DNA of 64,000 bases, from the NCBI RefSeq assembly GCF_036321535.1, contig NC_087436.1, forward strand, positions 41,604,001 to 41,668,000, in the 5' to 3' direction. Of this stretch, positions 61,720 through 64,000 are shown piece by piece; within the stretch, counting starts at the first letter, position 1; every line of letters begins with the position of its first letter. The notes under the pieces were generated by a model. The model ran no database searches. It saw only the letters and a program-made list of their open reading frames with translations, and was not told where the DNA came from. Origin of the DNA: Camelus dromedarius. Taxonomy: Eukaryota. The translations under genes and the position numbers were made by a program.

Positions 61720-63170
61720 ATTGTGGGTTAAATCAGATTAATTCATAGCTGTCCTCGAGGGCTGCTTTTAGGGCCATACGTAACTATGAGAAGATTTCTG
61801 TCTGTGCTAGTTGGGGTCCAGCTATTAGATTATCCAATGACCAGAGAAGGTTTGGAGAGCAAAGCTTTATGTTATGAGGAAGAAGAACAAAACAAGGGCT
61901 GAGAGGAGAGAAGCTGGAGAACTAAAGATAACTTGTGACCAGGTGGCCTTGGGTGGGAAATAGTATTGTCTAGTAATAAGTATCGCTTGAGAGACTAACA
62001 GCGTGTTCCACTCTTCTACCAAAGAAGGAATCAGAAGAAATTAATAGAGATTGTCATTCCTTTTAACAAAGAATGTCACCACTATGACTGGTAAAGCTCT
62101 TTTATGTCCCTGCCAACCCCCAGAAAGTGCAGGAAGGAGTGAAACCTCTCAGTAAAATAAATCTATTTTTCTTGGTGTAAATGTCCAACAGAGAAAATTT
62201 GTTTTTCACAATTTATTAGCTTTTTTCCTACAGGAGAAACGGAAGTGGTTTTTAAAAGTTAAGTTACAAAGAAATGTGGAGGGTCTTAGTACTCAGTGGT
62301 AGAAATGTTGGAAAAAGTCAAAGGGAGAGACTCAATAATGTGGTCCATAGAACCAGGACATAGCAACCCCTAATCCCATCTTAATGTTTGTCATCATTTT
62401 AATACCTGACCTCTAACTCAAAGTGAAGGAAGGTGACAGTAATTAGTTTTTAATGGAGATCACATGAAATTTTGATAGGAAAAAAGGAGAAACAAAAGTG
62501 CTCAAAGAATAAGATAACTTCCTGTGGAAGAGGTTCAATTTTCCCAAAGGAGAGCAGTAAGACTGGTGGTCTAAGAACTGAAGGAAATGCTATGGTGGGG
62601 CATGAAACTGAAGTCAGGAATGGAAGGAGGAGTCCCCAGCAGGGACTTCTTCCATGTGAAAGTCTAGGTGTTTAAAAAGGGATTAATTTCTATATAGATG
62701 CAAGTGGAATTCTGAGATACCTGGTATTAAACTGTCACTTCTCTATGAAAATTAGTTTATTTTCTTTAGAGAAGACTCTTGCACAGTTAATCTTGAGGAA
62801 GCTAAGGGAAAATGTCGACAGGCGAAAGGAGAGCAATATATTCAATCCTCCCAGCCCCAGGGGCACGAGAGGCAGCCCTGTGCTTCTATTATTGTCACAA
62901 TTTGTGATTACTAAAAGCAGGAAGACTGAGAAAGATCCATTGAGAACAATCCCCGGTCTTCAGGGAGTGTTCCTTGAGGGGAAGCATTCATGGGTGATAG
63001 TAAGAGAATGTCTTTTGATTGTCCCAGATGTATACAGGGATTCCCCTGGGTAGGGCCTCAGGAAACTCCTGGGAGAAATAGTTTTGCAAGCTGTATGAAT
63101 GAGTGCGTGTGTGTCTTGCATTCTTTCCTGAACCTAGGCACACTTTTTCAAGGATCTGAACCTAATTGAG
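61720..63170. mobile_element. Probable ancient LTR-derived sequence (family not assigned)
   Basis: Higher-GC, purine-rich blocks with an LTR-like texture. No diagnostic motif was recognised. Confidence 0.3.
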
Positions 63171-64000
63171 GAAATATGGAAAAAGAATTTAGGGCACTTT
63201 AATACAGAAAAGTGAGAGTTAACTTTATCAGGATAAAAAAGAAATGGGAAGCAGTCTGTTTCTACTGTTTAAAGAATTGCTAAGTGTGCAAACAAAACAA
63301 AACAAAACTAACTAAAAAGCTAAGAACTGAATTGTGAGCAGTAAGCAAACATAGAACTAGAGTACAACTTTATAGGATGTAAAACTAAGTCTGGGGCCAG
63401 AGGCATTGTATAGGAGCCAGTTCTCAGATGCCTACATTGCTAATGTAGTACATGTAGCATGCTAAAATGGTTCCCATCAGTGCCCATTCAGTCCTGGTCA
63501 AAAGCAAACCTAAATTGCTTTTGGAAGAAACATAGTCACTTAGCACTGCCACAAATTGGGTATAATCTAATATATTGTACTAGTATAAAAAAATTATCAA
63601 TCACTTAAGAATATGCCTTATAAATGAATTTCAGCACAAAGTGTAGTTTTAGATCTTTAAAGACTTTAGCTTTGGAATTACATAAGGAATGTAAAAAAGC
63701 TAAACCTGATCTCTTAAAAATAAAGGTGGAATTAAAATAAGCAAGCAAAAACAGAATCATCAATTGGAGGATAACAGTGAAGAAATAAATTAGAATAGAG
63801 AGCAGAAGGACAATGTGATAGAAATATGAAGTGAGCTTAGCAATATGGAAGGTAAGGAAGATGAAACCTAGGATTGGGGAGGAGCACATGGTGAACATCA
63901 AAGGTAGCTCTGATGCTCTAATTTTTACATTTGATTGGAGGATTCACTCTAATATTATTATATTATTCAATCTGGAACAGTACAGTATTCTCTCCCTCTC

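Noticed and set aside
62286..62305. tRNA A-box-like ctcagtggtaga
   Set aside because: No B box, tail or TSD; too short to be significant.
1..64000. CRISPR array, operon, or novel multi-gene system
   Set aside because: The window is eukaryotic repeat-rich non-coding DNA, with no regularly spaced repeat-spacer array and no intact long ORFs.

Overview
AT-rich, CpG-poor mammalian non-coding DNA (gene desert or large intron). It is almost certainly camelid, because it carries two Vic-1-type tRNA-derived SINEs and several young L1 3' ends of the camelid type. I found no credible protein-coding exon, RNA gene or CpG island. The listed ORFs are either chance ORFs or decayed retroelement frames. A large part of the window is recognisable interspersed repeat: old L1/HAL1, L2, L3/CR1, MIR, MaLR (MLT1) LTRs, two internally deleted two-LTR ERVL proviral relics (one keeps a YIDD RT motif) and hAT MITEs (MER5A, MER45, MER94). 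I see no evidence of a new biological system. The best second-look items are small retrotransposition events: a micro-L1 with a probable 3' transduction, a ~27-nt L1 insertion, a B-box-deleted SINE, and two L1 copies sharing a 5' breakpoint. There is also a compressed Sox-Oct motif and a few candidate enhancer-like or ancient-repeat stretches. Repeat family names come from recalled consensus similarity, not a database run. Boundaries of old repeats are approximate.
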